From: Candidatus Ozemobacteraceae bacterium
GTDB lineage: Bacteria > Muiribacteriota > Ozemobacteria > Ozemobacterales > Ozemobacteraceae
Direction: 5' to 3'
Length of the DNA: 64,000 nt
Assembly: GCA_965140445.1 (NCBI GenBank)
Contig: OZ223236.1
Coordinates: forward strand, 1,376,001-1,440,000
In this document: positions 46,829 to 56,776 of the stretch, in pieces
Position numbering within the stretch: position 1 is the first letter of the stretch
How the letters are laid out: each line of letters begins with the position of its first letter
Translations under genes and position numbers: made by a program
The notes under the pieces: model-generated
What the model was told of the DNA's origin: nothing
The model's input: the letters and a program-made list of their open reading frames with translations, nothing else
Databases searched by the model: none

Positions 46829-47831
46829 CTGAAGGTCCTGAAGTCTTTAGCTTTGATTTAATACTCTGGATATTTTCATTAATCAAAGGGTAATCTGCTG
46901 AAAAACTTTTTACTCTTTCAAAGTAGCCGAGGGACTTTTCCAGTTCACCTAATCCTAGAAATATATTCCCAAGATGAAAAAGGGCGTCCAGAGATTTTGG
47001 GTTTTCAGCCACAACTTCCATGAAAAGAGATATTGCATCTGAACTTCTGGCAACTCCATGCAAGGCTTGCCCTCTGATTATTTTTATCTGGCTGTTGTCA
47101 GGGTTTTGCTGGATAAGTCTTTCTGTTATTTCTAATGCCAGATCAAAATCTTCGTTAATAATTGCCATCAAGGCTTCTGTCTGGTCATCACCTGAATCAT
47201 TAGAATAGCTGCCTTTAAATTTGTTTTTGTCCTGTTCAATTTTTGCTAAAAATTCTTGTTCTTCACACTTTAAAATTTCGGCTTGAACCACTTCTACATA
47301 AGTAGAATCTAACTCTTTAAGCCTATTTAAATGAAATTTGGCTTTTTGAAAATCCCCTTCGTCGCGAAAGATGACACCCAGGTTTTGATGGGCCTGAATG
47401 TGCTCGGGATTTATTTCTAAAACTCGCTCATAAAAAGGCATCGCTTCTTGTCTTTTGCCAAGGTGAGAAAGAGCTACCGCAATGTTGAATACAGCGTCTT
47501 CATCCTGGGGTTTAAGTTTTATGACTTGTTCCCATTCTTGAATGGCCTGAAGAGTTTTATTTTGTTTCATATAAATCAGACCAAGATTGTAGTGGGAGAA
47601 AACATGGTCTGGAGCGACTTCAAGGGCAGTCATGTAAGCTCCGATGGCTTTTATGACGTCATTCATTTTATGAAGAAAAACACCTTTTGTAGAGTAAAAA
47701 TCAGGATTATCAGGGGCTTTGCTGATAGCCTTTTCAATTTGAGCTAGAGCTTTGTCATATTGTCCCTGCTCAAAAAGATCAAGGGAAGTTTCGTAGTGCC
47801 GTTGTGCGTATGTTCTGTCGGTATTTGCCAT
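46821..47831 (-). CDS. TPR-repeat protein
   Basis: Tandem canonical TPRs (HYNLG, FNIA, HQNLG, FHLG). Start taken at MANTD. Confidence 0.88.
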   Translation of the reverse strand: MANTDRTYAQRHYETSLDLFEQGQYDKALAQIEKAISKAPDNPDFYSTKGVFLHKMNDVIKAIGAYMTALEVAPDHVFSHYNLGLIYMKQNKTLQAIQEWEQVIKLKPQDEDAVFNIAVALSHLGKRQEAMPFYERVLEINPEHIQAHQNLGVIFRDEGDFQKAKFHLNRLKELDSTYVEVVQAEILKCEEQEFLAKIEQDKNKFKGSYSNDSGDDQTEALMAIINEDFDLALEITERLIQQNPDNSQIKIIRGQALHGVARSSDAISLFMEVVAENPKSLDALFHLGNIFLGLGELEKSLGYFERVKSFSADYPLINENIQSIKSKLKTSGPSDE

Positions 47832-47927
47832 AAAGTTATATGCCTTGAGATCTGCTTTGCGGATGTGTTGATTATGAATTATAGATGATTTATCGTTCGT
47901 TTTCAAATAATGCACAAATATTATATC

Positions 47928-47957
47928 TTGAACTTGTGAGCTGGTGGCATATATAAT
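47928..47957 (+). promoter_or_regulatory. Putative promoter TTGAAC-N18-TATAAT, probably giving a leaderless mRNA
   Basis: TATAAT ends 8 nt before ATG 47966 and no SD lies in between. Confidence 0.55.
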
Positions 47958-47965
47958 GGCTGATC

Positions 47966-48337
47966 ATGACAACAGAAGATAATGAACAAAAATTGAATAG
48001 CGAAAATGAAGTAGAAGCAGCTTCTTATAGCAAGAAACAACCAGAACCAGAAATGTGGAGTACTAGATGGGTTCTACAGTGGTGTTATTTGTTAATCGTT
48101 GTTTTTCTTGCTGGATCAGCACTAAATTGCTTGTTCAGGTGGCTTGCTTATGGCTATTCATGGGATGGAGCCGGCACTCTTTTAAGTGCAGCCCTTTCAA
48201 TTGTCGTTTACTATTTTTCTTTAAATACTGGTAGAATAGGCAGTCTGGAGAAAAGAACTGTTTTGGCTTTTGCTTCTCTGGCAGCTTGGGCAGTAGCCCT
48301 TCCCTTAATTTTTAGACTATTGGGTTTTAAAGGCTGA
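47966..48337 (+). CDS. Small hypothetical membrane protein (3 TM)
   Basis: Three hydrophobic segments; occupies the gap between opposite-strand genes. Confidence 0.7.
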   Translation: MTTEDNEQKLNSENEVEAASYSKKQPEPEMWSTRWVLQWCYLLIVVFLAGSALNCLFRWLAYGYSWDGAGTLLSAALSIVVYYFSLNTGRIGSLEKRTVLAFASLAAWAVALPLIFRLLGFKG

Positions 48338-48341
48338 TAAA

Positions 48342-50096
48342 TTAGTTTTCATCAGTATCTGAGATCACATCGTTTTCGTTAATTGTGAATCTTGAAACTA
48401 ATGAATGAAGCTCATCTGCTAATGTGGCAAGGTCTTCAGTGGAGTTAGAAACCTGAGAAACCGTTGTGGTTTGTTGTTCAACAGAGGTTGCAACAATACC
48501 GGTTCTTTCTGAAGTCGATTTTGTCAGACTGGTAATATCTTCAATTGTTCTTGCCATAATCATTGAGTTTTGTGATTGCTCATTTGAAATCTTAGAAATG
48601 TCATTGATTTTGGTATGCACATCATTAACGTTGCCAATAATGTTATTCAGTCCGGTGCTTACCTCGCGAATGATTTTCATTCCATCATCAACGCGACCAC
48701 GGCCGAGAGTCATTGAATCAACTGCATTCTGAGTTTTTGTCAAAATGTTTTCGATTCTTGTTCCAATAGCTTCAGCAGCATCAGCAGATTCTTCAGCCAG
48801 TTTGCGGACTTCTTCTGCAACAACTGTAAACCCTTTACCTTGTTCTCCTGCTCTTGCGGCCTCAATAGCAGCATTCAGAGCAAGAAGGTTTGTTTGACTT
48901 GCGATTGCGGTAATTGTGTTAACTATTTCATTAATCTGGAGTGAAGCAGAGTTCAGGTCTAAAATAACCTGAGTGGCAATATCAACTGATTCTTTGATCT
49001 TACTGATCATTTCAACAGATTTCTTAACCGTTTTTCCGCCATCAGCAGCGGCGGCAGAGGTAATTTCAACTGCTTTAACCGCAGTCTCAGAAAGTTGGGC
49101 AACCTTTTGTGCTGATTCTGAAAACTTTTCAACGTTGGCGGTGGTTTTTTCAAGATTTGTTGAAATTTCTACTGATGATTCGTTGATATCGTTTACGTTT
49201 TTGGAAATATCTAAAAGTGTTGCTGCTGATTCCACTGAAGCAGAGCTTAGTTGTTGCGAGTTTGTTGCCAGATCATCACTGGTTTCCAGAACCTTTGAGA
49301 TCATCTGACAAATGCCCTCCAACATTCTGTTGAAGCTTTCGGCAAGCCTTTGAAATTCATCCTGGGTTTTGAACTTGAGCCTAGTGTGCAAATGCCCCTT
49401 TTCAGCCTCAGACATTGACTGGATTATTTTTTCCAATGGGCGGGAGATACCGGTTGAAATGAACCATGTAAAACCAATTCCAAAGGCAAGTAGGACTACA
49501 GGCAAGAGTTTGCCGATAATAGTCATTGTTTTAAACATTGAGTCTATATTTCTTTTTATATATAGTCTGCTAAAGTTTGCCAAGGCTTCGCAAAGACTTC
49601 TTGCTTTAGCGCTGAATTCAACTTCTTTGTCTTTAAGGGAAACTAAAATTTCAGCTTTTTTTAATTCGTCTGTTCCTGTGGCGTTAAAGTTGTCTATGTA
49701 AGCGTCACCAACATCTAAAATTTCATGATACATACTTCTTGTGGTTACAAGAAAAGCTTTTACGCTGGTTGCTTTTTTCAAAAACGGGTCGTTAAGAAAG
49801 CCTTCCATTGCGCTTAACTTGGCGTTAGCGCCTTCCTTAGAAGTTTCATATGAAATGAGGAGGTCTTCTTTGGGTTCGGTTTTAATAATATCTCCAAGAG
49901 CAAAGGTAACCTGATGAACATTTGCGATTAGCTCTTGTGAGTTAAGAATCATTTCTGTGTGGGTTCCACGTAGAAAACTAATGATTTCTCTTAGTTTTAT
50001 CATGTTGTAACCGGCTAAAGCTGCGACTCCAATACAAATAATTAAAATGCAAAGGAAGCCGGACATGATTTTTTTGCTAATTGAGAAGCTGCCCAC
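48342..50096 (-). CDS. Methyl-accepting chemotaxis protein
   Basis: TM-sensor-[44 protein letters not shown]. Confidence 0.96.
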   Translation of the reverse strand: MGSFSISKKIMSGFLCILIICIGVAALAGYNMIKLREIISFLRGTHTEMILNSQELIANVHQVTFALGDIIKTEPKEDLLISYETSKEGANAKLSAMEGFLNDPFLKKATSVKAFLVTTRSMYHEILDVGDAYIDNFNATGTDELKKAEILVSLKDKEVEFSAKARSLCEALANFSRLYIKRNIDSMFKTMTIIGKLLPVVLLAFGIGFTWFISTGISRPLEKIIQSMSEAEKGHLHTRLKFKTQDEFQRLAESFNRMLEGICQMISKVLETSDDLATNSQQLSSASVESAATLLDISKNVNDINESSVEISTNLEKTTANVEKFSESAQKVAQLSETAVKAVEITSAAAADGGKTVKKSVEMISKIKESVDIATQVILDLNSASLQINEIVNTITAIASQTNLLALNAAIEAARAGEQGKGFTVVAEEVRKLAEESADAAEAIGTRIENILTKTQNAVDSMTLGRGRVDDGMKIIREVSTGLNNIIGNVNDVHTKINDISKISNEQSQNSMIMARTIEDITSLTKSTSERTGIVATSVEQQTTTVSQVSNSTEDLATLADELHSLVSRFTINENDVISDTDEN

Positions 50097-50098
50097 TT

Positions 50099-51187
50099 TT
50101 AGAAATCTCCTCCCATGGCCTTATAATTAGGGAATGTGTAATAATGTGGTACAAAAATTTCTTTGAATCGTCTTATGGCGAAATCATCTGTCATACTGGC
50201 TAGATAATCCACAAGAGTGCGATTAAAAGTCTGGTCTTCCGGGACAGGGCCTTTTATGTGTTTTAAAAGTTCTTCGGGGTTTTTCATGAACCAGTCGGCC
50301 ATTTGTCTAAGAAGATGCTTAGATTTCTCAACAGAAGTGTCAATTTCTGGTCTGGTATAAACGTCATTGTAGAGGAACTTTTTAAGTTCAGCTGTTGCTG
50401 CCTGTATTTCATCGCTCATTCTAATGACGTCACTATCATAGCTGTTGTCTATGATATTTCTAACCATCCTATGGATTCTGATAGAATGTCGGTCGCCGAG
50501 GAGTTTAAGGGTGTTAGGTGGTAAATCTTCAGTTTTTATTACCCCTGCTCTAATTGCGTCGTCGACATCATGGTTAACGTAAGCAACCAGATCTGCAATT
50601 CTAACCACCTGAGCTTCTACTGTTAATGGGGGATTTGCTCCTTGTCCAACGGTTGCGGGACCATGTTTCCCTTTGCTGTGCTTTAGAATTCCATCCAAAA
50701 CTTCTTTTGTGAGGTTTAAACCTTCGCCATTTTTTTCAAGCTTGGTTACAACTCTTACGCTGTGCGAAGCATGATGGAAGCCTGTTTCGCTGATTTCAGA
50801 CAATACTTCCTCGCCGCCGTGGCCAAATGGCGTATGCCCAAGATCATGACCCAAAGCTATTGCTTCGGTTAGATCTTCGTTCAGGCCAAGGCAGCGGGAA
50901 ATACATCTGGCGGTGCAAACCACTTCCAATGTGTGAGTAAGCCTCGTTCGAAAGTGGTCATTGGTTGGTGAAAGAAACACTTGAGTTTTATGCTTCAGAC
51001 GGCGGAAAGCCTCGCTATGAATAATTCGATCAATGTCTCTTTGAAAGCATGAGCGAATGAAGCAGTCATTTTCCTGCTTTTCTCGGCCTAGCGATTTTCT
51101 CGACAGACATGCATGTCTCGAAAGAGCTTTTTCTTCATTTTCTTCGAACAGATTTCTCAAAGATGCGTCTGAAGTAATTGGTTTCAT
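50099..51187 (-). CDS. dgt: Deoxyguanosinetriphosphate triphosphohydrolase (HD family)
   Basis: [42 protein letters not shown]. Confidence 0.95.
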   Translation of the reverse strand: MKPITSDASLRNLFEENEEKALSRHACLSRKSLGREKQENDCFIRSCFQRDIDRIIHSEAFRRLKHKTQVFLSPTNDHFRTRLTHTLEVVCTARCISRCLGLNEDLTEAIALGHDLGHTPFGHGGEEVLSEISETGFHHASHSVRVVTKLEKNGEGLNLTKEVLDGILKHSKGKHGPATVGQGANPPLTVEAQVVRIADLVAYVNHDVDDAIRAGVIKTEDLPPNTLKLLGDRHSIRIHRMVRNIIDNSYDSDVIRMSDEIQAATAELKKFLYNDVYTRPEIDTSVEKSKHLLRQMADWFMKNPEELLKHIKGPVPEDQTFNRTLVDYLASMTDDFAIRRFKEIFVPHYYTFPNYKAMGGDF

Positions 51188-51196
51188 GTTAATAAC

Positions 51197-52504
51197 TCAA
51201 GAAATTATATCGTGTATTAATGGCTGTGGAACAACCTTTTCATTGCTCAGTTCAATTGCGTTTTTAAGTCTTTCAATGGCTTTTGAATTATCAAGACTTT
51301 GTGAAATATGAACTTCAGCAATTACGTCGCCTTCTTTTACCATATCTCCAACGTGCTTAACAAGTTTTATACCTACTGCCATGTCAATGACTGAGTCTTT
51401 GTTTTCTCGGCCTGCTCCTAGCATCATTGCTGCTAATCCAACTTCCTCGCAATGGATTTGGCTGATCCATCCGTCTTTTTCAGCCTTTAAGCTTACTATT
51501 TCAGTGGCAGTAGGGAGTCTAGAATAATCTTCGATCATTCCTGTGTCACCACCCTGAATTTTTACCATTTCGAGGAATTTATTGTAAGCTTTTCCAGATT
51601 CCAATACTTCTATAACAGCTTTCTCTGCTTCTTCGAGAGAAATTTCATTGTTTTTGGAAATTCTGAATGCTTGTGCTGCAAGTGCTATAACTAGCTGTGA
51701 AAAGCTTTTTGGACCCTTATTTCTTAAGGTGTCGATAGCTTCTTTAACTTCCATGGCATTGCCGATCATTTCGCCAAGAGGTTCATCCATGTTAGTGATT
51801 ACCGCAGTAACTTTTCTTCCTGCTATTTTACCAATCTGAACCATTGATTTCGCCAGCTCTCTGGCATCATCCAGGCTTTTCATGAAAGCGCCGCTACCAA
51901 CTTTTACATCAAGAACAAGTCCGCTGTTCATTACTGCAAGCTTCTTAGACATAATTGATGCAGCTATAAGTGGTATAGAATCAACTGTAGCAGTTACATC
52001 ACGTAAGGCATATATTTTTTTGTCTGCAGGAACGAGATTGCCTGTTTGTCCGACAATTACAACCCCTGTTGAGTTAACTGCTTTGATGAAATCTTCCGTT
52101 GAAAGATCGCAAGAAAACCCTTTAATTGCTTCAAGTTTATCAATTGTTCCGCCGGTGTGTCCAAGCCCGCGGCCAGACATCTTGGCAACTTTTAATCCAA
52201 GTGATGCAAGAACAGGTCCAAGAACCAAGCTGGTTTTATCACCAACTCCACCCGTGGAATGCTTATCAACAGTGAAACCTTCAATTCCAGCCAGGTCAAT
52301 AATGTCGCCGCTAGTTCTCATGCAGTCGGTAAGCCAGAAAGTTTCTTCATCATCCATTCCCTTAAAAAATACTGCCATTAAAAAAGCAGCCATCTGATAA
52401 TCGGGAAGACTTGCATCAACGAAACCGTTGATCATGAATTTTATTTCTTCCTGGGTTAGTTTCTTTCCGTCACGTTTTCTTTTAATGACATCATAAGCTC
52501 TCAT
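51197..52504 (-). CDS. pdp: Pyrimidine-nucleoside / thymidine phosphorylase
   Basis: DKHSTGGVGDK, KMSGRGLGHTGGTIDKLE, YALRDVTATV, SIMSKK. Confidence 0.96.
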   Translation of the reverse strand: MRAYDVIKRKRDGKKLTQEEIKFMINGFVDASLPDYQMAAFLMAVFFKGMDDEETFWLTDCMRTSGDIIDLAGIEGFTVDKHSTGGVGDKTSLVLGPVLASLGLKVAKMSGRGLGHTGGTIDKLEAIKGFSCDLSTEDFIKAVNSTGVVIVGQTGNLVPADKKIYALRDVTATVDSIPLIAASIMSKKLAVMNSGLVLDVKVGSGAFMKSLDDARELAKSMVQIGKIAGRKVTAVITNMDEPLGEMIGNAMEVKEAIDTLRNKGPKSFSQLVIALAAQAFRISKNNEISLEEAEKAVIEVLESGKAYNKFLEMVKIQGGDTGMIEDYSRLPTATEIVSLKAEKDGWISQIHCEEVGLAAMMLGAGRENKDSVIDMAVGIKLVKHVGDMVKEGDVIAEVHISQSLDNSKAIERLKNAIELSNEKVVPQPLIHDIIS

Positions 52505-52537
52505 CTATTCCGTTCCTTCCTTCTTTATGGAAAATTA

Positions 52538-52795
52538 TTATCTTTTAATTCTTAGTAATCTAATGTGGTTAGCCAGGTAACATTTTTCAAAGAGGTAACA
52601 GTTGGCACATTTTGATTGGTAATCAGGTTTATCAATTTTCATTGATTCAAAGGTCATACCTGTCATGTTCCATTTTCCAAAATAGTCTGTGCCAAAGCAT
52701 TTTGGGGGAGTTTTTTCATTGTTTGTGTTGCTCAAACCTTGTGCAGGTTGTGACCCCATAGTTCCAAGAGTTCCAGGTGGCTTTAGCATTGACAT
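52538..52795 (-). CDS. Small Cys-rich hypothetical protein (CFG...CxxCx5C)
   Basis: GGAG RBS; PKCFG and CANCYLFEKC. Confidence 0.65.
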   Translation of the reverse strand: MSMLKPPGTLGTMGSQPAQGLSNTNNEKTPPKCFGTDYFGKWNMTGMTFESMKIDKPDYQSKCANCYLFEKCYLANHIRLLRIKR

Positions 52796-52916
52796 ATTTT
52801 TTCTCCAGTTTGAATTTGAGTCATAATAACATATCGAAGCAGTTCGGTATAGTTTAAACCAACGTACATAAAACTCAAAATTGATTTTATTGGGGTAAAC
52901 TGTTTATACTCTTACT

Positions 52917-54761
52917 TTGATTTACTTTGCCAAATTTTGGAGTTACTCAAATTTGATAATTCTTTTTAGTTCTGCGGATTGCAAAACTTTCTACTATGAT
53001 GCTGACTTTCTGCGCTTTGTAAACGCGCACAAGGTTTCATGCCCTAAAGACTTGTTTGCACTGCATTCTGCATGTGAGTCTGACGAATTTAAAAAAGACC
53101 TGAACCTGCTTACCAATGGTGGACTTCCAGATTTTAAAAGAAAGCTCCTATTCCAGACAAATGACGGTGAAGAAATTGAATTGGTTTTTATTTTTTCTTT
53201 GAAGTGTCTTGAAAAAGAAACTTTAATTGTTGGAGAAGCCCAATACTGCAATTCAACAAAGGACGATGAGCATTTTTATAAATTGCAGCTAAGCGAAATG
53301 AAAATGGCGACCATAATAGATAGTGCTGTTGACGCTATTATTACCATTGATGAAACAGGTGCCATTCAAGCCTTCAACCGTGCTGCAGAGAAAATGTTTG
53401 CATATTCAGTAAAAGAAGTAATGGGGCGCAACATTAGTTTGTTGATGCCTGAGCCTTTTCGATCAGAACACTCAGATTATATAGCCAGGTATCTTAGAAC
53501 CGGGATTCCTCACATTATAGGTATTGGCCGAGAGGTCGTAGCACAACGAAAGTGTGGAGAGATTTTTCCCATAGATCTTGCGGTTGGGGAAGTTAAGTCG
53601 GAAGAAGGCTGCTTGTTCACAGGATTTGTAAGAGATTTGACTGAGAGGAAAAAGCTTGAACGGGAAAGAGATAGTTTTTTTCAAATGTCCATGGATTTAT
53701 TCTGCATAATCGGATTTGATGGCTATTTGAAAAAAGTTAATGCCCAATGGGAAGAACTTTTGGGATATAGCTTTAAGGAACTTAAGGAAATAGAAATTAG
53801 TAAGCTGTTTCACCCGGATGATGTTTTTCCTGACAGACCTGTTTTTAAGGGCATGCTTGGTGGCTCTAGTGTGGTTGGGAAGCCTGTAAGAATGTTATGT
53901 AAGAATGGCGATTATCGCTGGCTTGTATGGAATGGCACGGTTGATATTAATAATCAGGTTATTTACGGCGTAGCCAGAGATGTTACAGAACAGAAAAAAA
54001 TGGTGCAGGAAATCAAAGACGCTAAAATTAGCGCAGAAAGATCAAGTGAAGCAAAAGGTTTGTTTATTGCAAAGATGAGTCATGAATTACGGACTCCTCT
54101 TAATTCCATTATTGGCTTTTCAAATGTTCTTCTTAAAAGTACCAGGAAGAGACTTTTGCCAAAAGAGATGGTTTACCTTGAAAGAATTAAACAAAATGGG
54201 CAAAGCCTTTTCAGGCTGATTTCCAGTATTTTAGATTTTTCTAAAACGGAATCAGGATTTATTGAGTTAGATATTCAGGAAGTCAATGTTAAAGAGATGA
54301 TTGAAGAGATTGTTGATTTAATGCAAAGCATTCTTGAAGAAAAAAATATCACTATTGAAATTTCATCTCCAGAAAATCTTGAGCTTTTAAATTCAGATCC
54401 AATAAAACTTAGGCAGATTTTTCAAAACCTGATTGATAATGCGGTAAAATTTTCAGAGAAGGGAATTGTAAAAATCTGCATTTTAGCTGAAGTTATTGAT
54501 GGTTTGAATATTATTGATAGAGTTCAAATAATTGATTCAGGACCTGGTATCTCGGTGGATGAATTGAATATAATTTTTGAAGCCTTTCAGCAGGGCGATA
54601 ACGGATTTGCCAGAAAATTTGGCGGAGCTGGACTTGGGTTATCTATTGCAAAATCCTTTTCGGAGCTTCTGGATTTGCAAATCGTAGTTGAGCGAACTGG
54701 CCCTGAGGGTAGTTGCTTTAGCGTTATTTTTGCACGCGAAAACGGGGAAAAAAGTGATTAG
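52917..54761 (+). CDS. PAS-PAS histidine kinase with a FixL-type heme-PAS domain
   Basis: LMPEPFRSEHSDYIARY...PHIIGIGREV; MSHELRTPLNSI H-box; NLIDNAVKF, DSGPGI, GAGLGLSI. The start codon is uncertain. Confidence 0.9.
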   Translation: MIYFAKFWSYSNLIILFSSADCKTFYYDADFLRFVNAHKVSCPKDLFALHSACESDEFKKDLNLLTNGGLPDFKRKLLFQTNDGEEIELVFIFSLKCLEKETLIVGEAQYCNSTKDDEHFYKLQLSEMKMATIIDSAVDAIITIDETGAIQAFNRAAEKMFAYSVKEVMGRNISLLMPEPFRSEHSDYIARYLRTGIPHIIGIGREVVAQRKCGEIFPIDLAVGEVKSEEGCLFTGFVRDLTERKKLERERDSFFQMSMDLFCIIGFDGYLKKVNAQWEELLGYSFKELKEIEISKLFHPDDVFPDRPVFKGMLGGSSVVGKPVRMLCKNGDYRWLVWNGTVDINNQVIYGVARDVTEQKKMVQEIKDAKISAERSSEAKGLFIAKMSHELRTPLNSIIGFSNVLLKSTRKRLLPKEMVYLERIKQNGQSLFRLISSILDFSKTESGFIELDIQEVNVKEMIEEIVDLMQSILEEKNITIEISSPENLELLNSDPIKLRQIFQNLIDNAVKFSEKGIVKICILAEVIDGLNIIDRVQIIDSGPGISVDELNIIFEAFQQGDNGFARKFGGAGLGLSIAKSFSELLDLQIVVERTGPEGSCFSVIFARENGEKSD

Positions 54762-56013
54762 TCCTGAAGTTTTAAAAATGAGAATCTTGATTGTTGACGA
54801 CGCCTTCGATAACAGGCTTTTGCTTGAGGCAATCCTGGAGGGCGAGGGCTTCGAAAAAATTGATATGGCGGAATCTGCAAATGAAGCCATAGATATATTG
54901 AGTTCAAGAAGTGAATCCGGTGATTCAATTGATTTGATACTGATGGACATAATGATGCCAGAAATAACAGGGATTGAAGCGACCAGGCTGATTAAGCAGT
55001 GTGAAGTTCATAATGATATTCCAATCATTGTTGTTACCGCTAAATCTGAGACAAATGATCTGGTTGAAGCTTTTCAAGCCGGTGCTTCTGATTATATTAC
55101 CAAGCCTATAAATGAGCTGGAATTGCTTTCAAGAATTGGCTCCATGCTTCGTCTTAAAAGTGAAATTGACAGGCGAAAAGCAAAGGAATTAGAGCTTTCA
55201 ACACTTACAAGTAAGCTTGAGGATAGCAATATAAAGCTTCGTGAAATTCTGGACAATCTTCGTGAAGATTTAAACGCTGCAGGAAAAATGCAGAGAAGTC
55301 TGCTTCCCCCAATTGATCGAAAAATTCCGGGGATTACTTTTAAATCTTATTACGAGCCTTGTGAAACCATCGGTGGGGATTTGTTAAATATAATGCAAAT
55401 AGGGGAAGATCACTGTGCATTTTATTTAATGGATGTTTCAGGACATGGTATCCAGGCCGCAATGCTCGCTGTAACCGTTCACAGAATGATGTCTGCCTGG
55501 GGCGGGGAAAATAATATTTTGAGATCTCCGGACGGCACTATTAGGGAGCCTTCTAAAGTTGTTGAAGAACTAAATCGCGAATTTATGATTCAAAACAACA
55601 ATTTTCAGTATTTTACGATGACATACGGAGTAATTGATCTGAAAACAAAAATGTTAACTTACACACGAGCGGGCCACACCCCATTGATTATTCAAGACAG
55701 GGAGGGGCAGATTAAAGTTCTGGAAGAAGGTGACCCTCCGGTGGGATTTGCTGAAAAGTATCCTTTTAAGGATTTCACAGTTCAGTTAAAATCTGAATTT
55801 AGGCTAATCCTATTTTCTGATGGCATAACAGAAGCTAGAAAAGAAGACGCCAGCGATTTTTTTGGAGATAAAAGGTTCTTTTCTCTGGTAGAAGATTCAA
55901 GATGCTTTAGAATCGAAGAGTCTGTTCCAGCAATAGCTCAAAGCTTTTTCGACTGGATGGAAGATTTTAAGCCTGCCGATGATATTACCCTGTTAGCCAT
56001 AGAGATCGAGTAA
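54754..56013 (+). CDS. Response regulator receiver fused to PP2C (SpoIIE/RsbU-type) phosphatase
   Basis: ILIVDD, LMDIMMP, YITKP; GGD, DVSGHG, AGH, FSDGITEA, DDITL. Start at GTG 54754 or ATG 54778. Confidence 0.92.
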   Translation: MISPEVLKMRILIVDDAFDNRLLLEAILEGEGFEKIDMAESANEAIDILSSRSESGDSIDLILMDIMMPEITGIEATRLIKQCEVHNDIPIIVVTAKSETNDLVEAFQAGASDYITKPINELELLSRIGSMLRLKSEIDRRKAKELELSTLTSKLEDSNIKLREILDNLREDLNAAGKMQRSLLPPIDRKIPGITFKSYYEPCETIGGDLLNIMQIGEDHCAFYLMDVSGHGIQAAMLAVTVHRMMSAWGGENNILRSPDGTIREPSKVVEELNREFMIQNNNFQYFTMTYGVIDLKTKMLTYTRAGHTPLIIQDREGQIKVLEEGDPPVGFAEKYPFKDFTVQLKSEFRLILFSDGITEARKEDASDFFGDKRFFSLVEDSRCFRIEESVPAIAQSFFDWMEDFKPADDITLLAIEIE

Positions 56014-56015
56014 AG

Positions 56016-56627
56016 TTAACTTTGCAGGGCTTTTTCAGCTTCTTTTAGTGCTTCTGGGTTATTTAGGTTTTTTCTAATCCAGTAATCATCAACAATTACA
56101 TGTAAAATTTTTTCAGGAAATTTTTCCAGAATGCCCTTTGCTCCATTTTCAAGTGGTATTTTATCAAACCATTCAAAGGTCCATGCAGGGAAAAGGCTGG
56201 GGTGACCTCTTCTTTCTCCAGTAGATGGTATAACTATTGAATCAGGATTATTCTGATGGAGTTCTAAAATTTGTTTTACAGTGTTTGCGGAAACCATTGG
56301 GTGATCCACAGGCCAAAGAAGAAATCCAGAAAACTCTGAAAGCGTTTTGACTGCCAATCTAATAGAGCTTAAAGGACCCAATTCCGGTTGGTGATTTTCT
56401 ATCCATACGCCGTTGTTTCTGCTTGCCAGTTCTTTGCTTATTGAGTCTGTTTTCTGGCCAACGAGAGTTATATTACTTATAAGACTACTGTTCTCTTTCA
56501 GGTTAAGGATTATTCTTTCGAGAAAAGTTTTGTCGCCAAGTTTCACATGCTGTTTGGGGCTTCCCATTCTAGTTGAGAAACCAGCGAGTAAAATAACTGA
56601 AGCAATTTTTATGTTTTTCTTTTGCAT
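56016..56627 (-). CDS. MocA/MobA-like nucleotidyltransferase
   Basis: LLAGFSTRMGSPK, GPLSSI, PVDHP, RRGHP. Confidence 0.85.
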   Translation of the reverse strand: MQKKNIKIASVILLAGFSTRMGSPKQHVKLGDKTFLERIILNLKENSSLISNITLVGQKTDSISKELASRNNGVWIENHQPELGPLSSIRLAVKTLSEFSGFLLWPVDHPMVSANTVKQILELHQNNPDSIVIPSTGERRGHPSLFPAWTFEWFDKIPLENGAKGILEKFPEKILHVIVDDYWIRKNLNNPEALKEAEKALQS

Positions 56628-56776
56628 ATGGTTAGTAATATCAAAAACCTTAAAAAAACTCTATTTTTATGAAATTTGAATACAAATGTAATTCTTTGGT
56701 TGTATTGAATTGGAGGGAAGGTTTCTGTTATATCTTTAAGTTAGAGGGTAACCAAAACTTTTTAAGGAGAAATAAA

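Noticed and set aside
50099..51187. dGTPase as an anti-phage defence gene
   Set aside because: Short housekeeping-type Dgt in a nucleoside-metabolism operon with no defence-island context.
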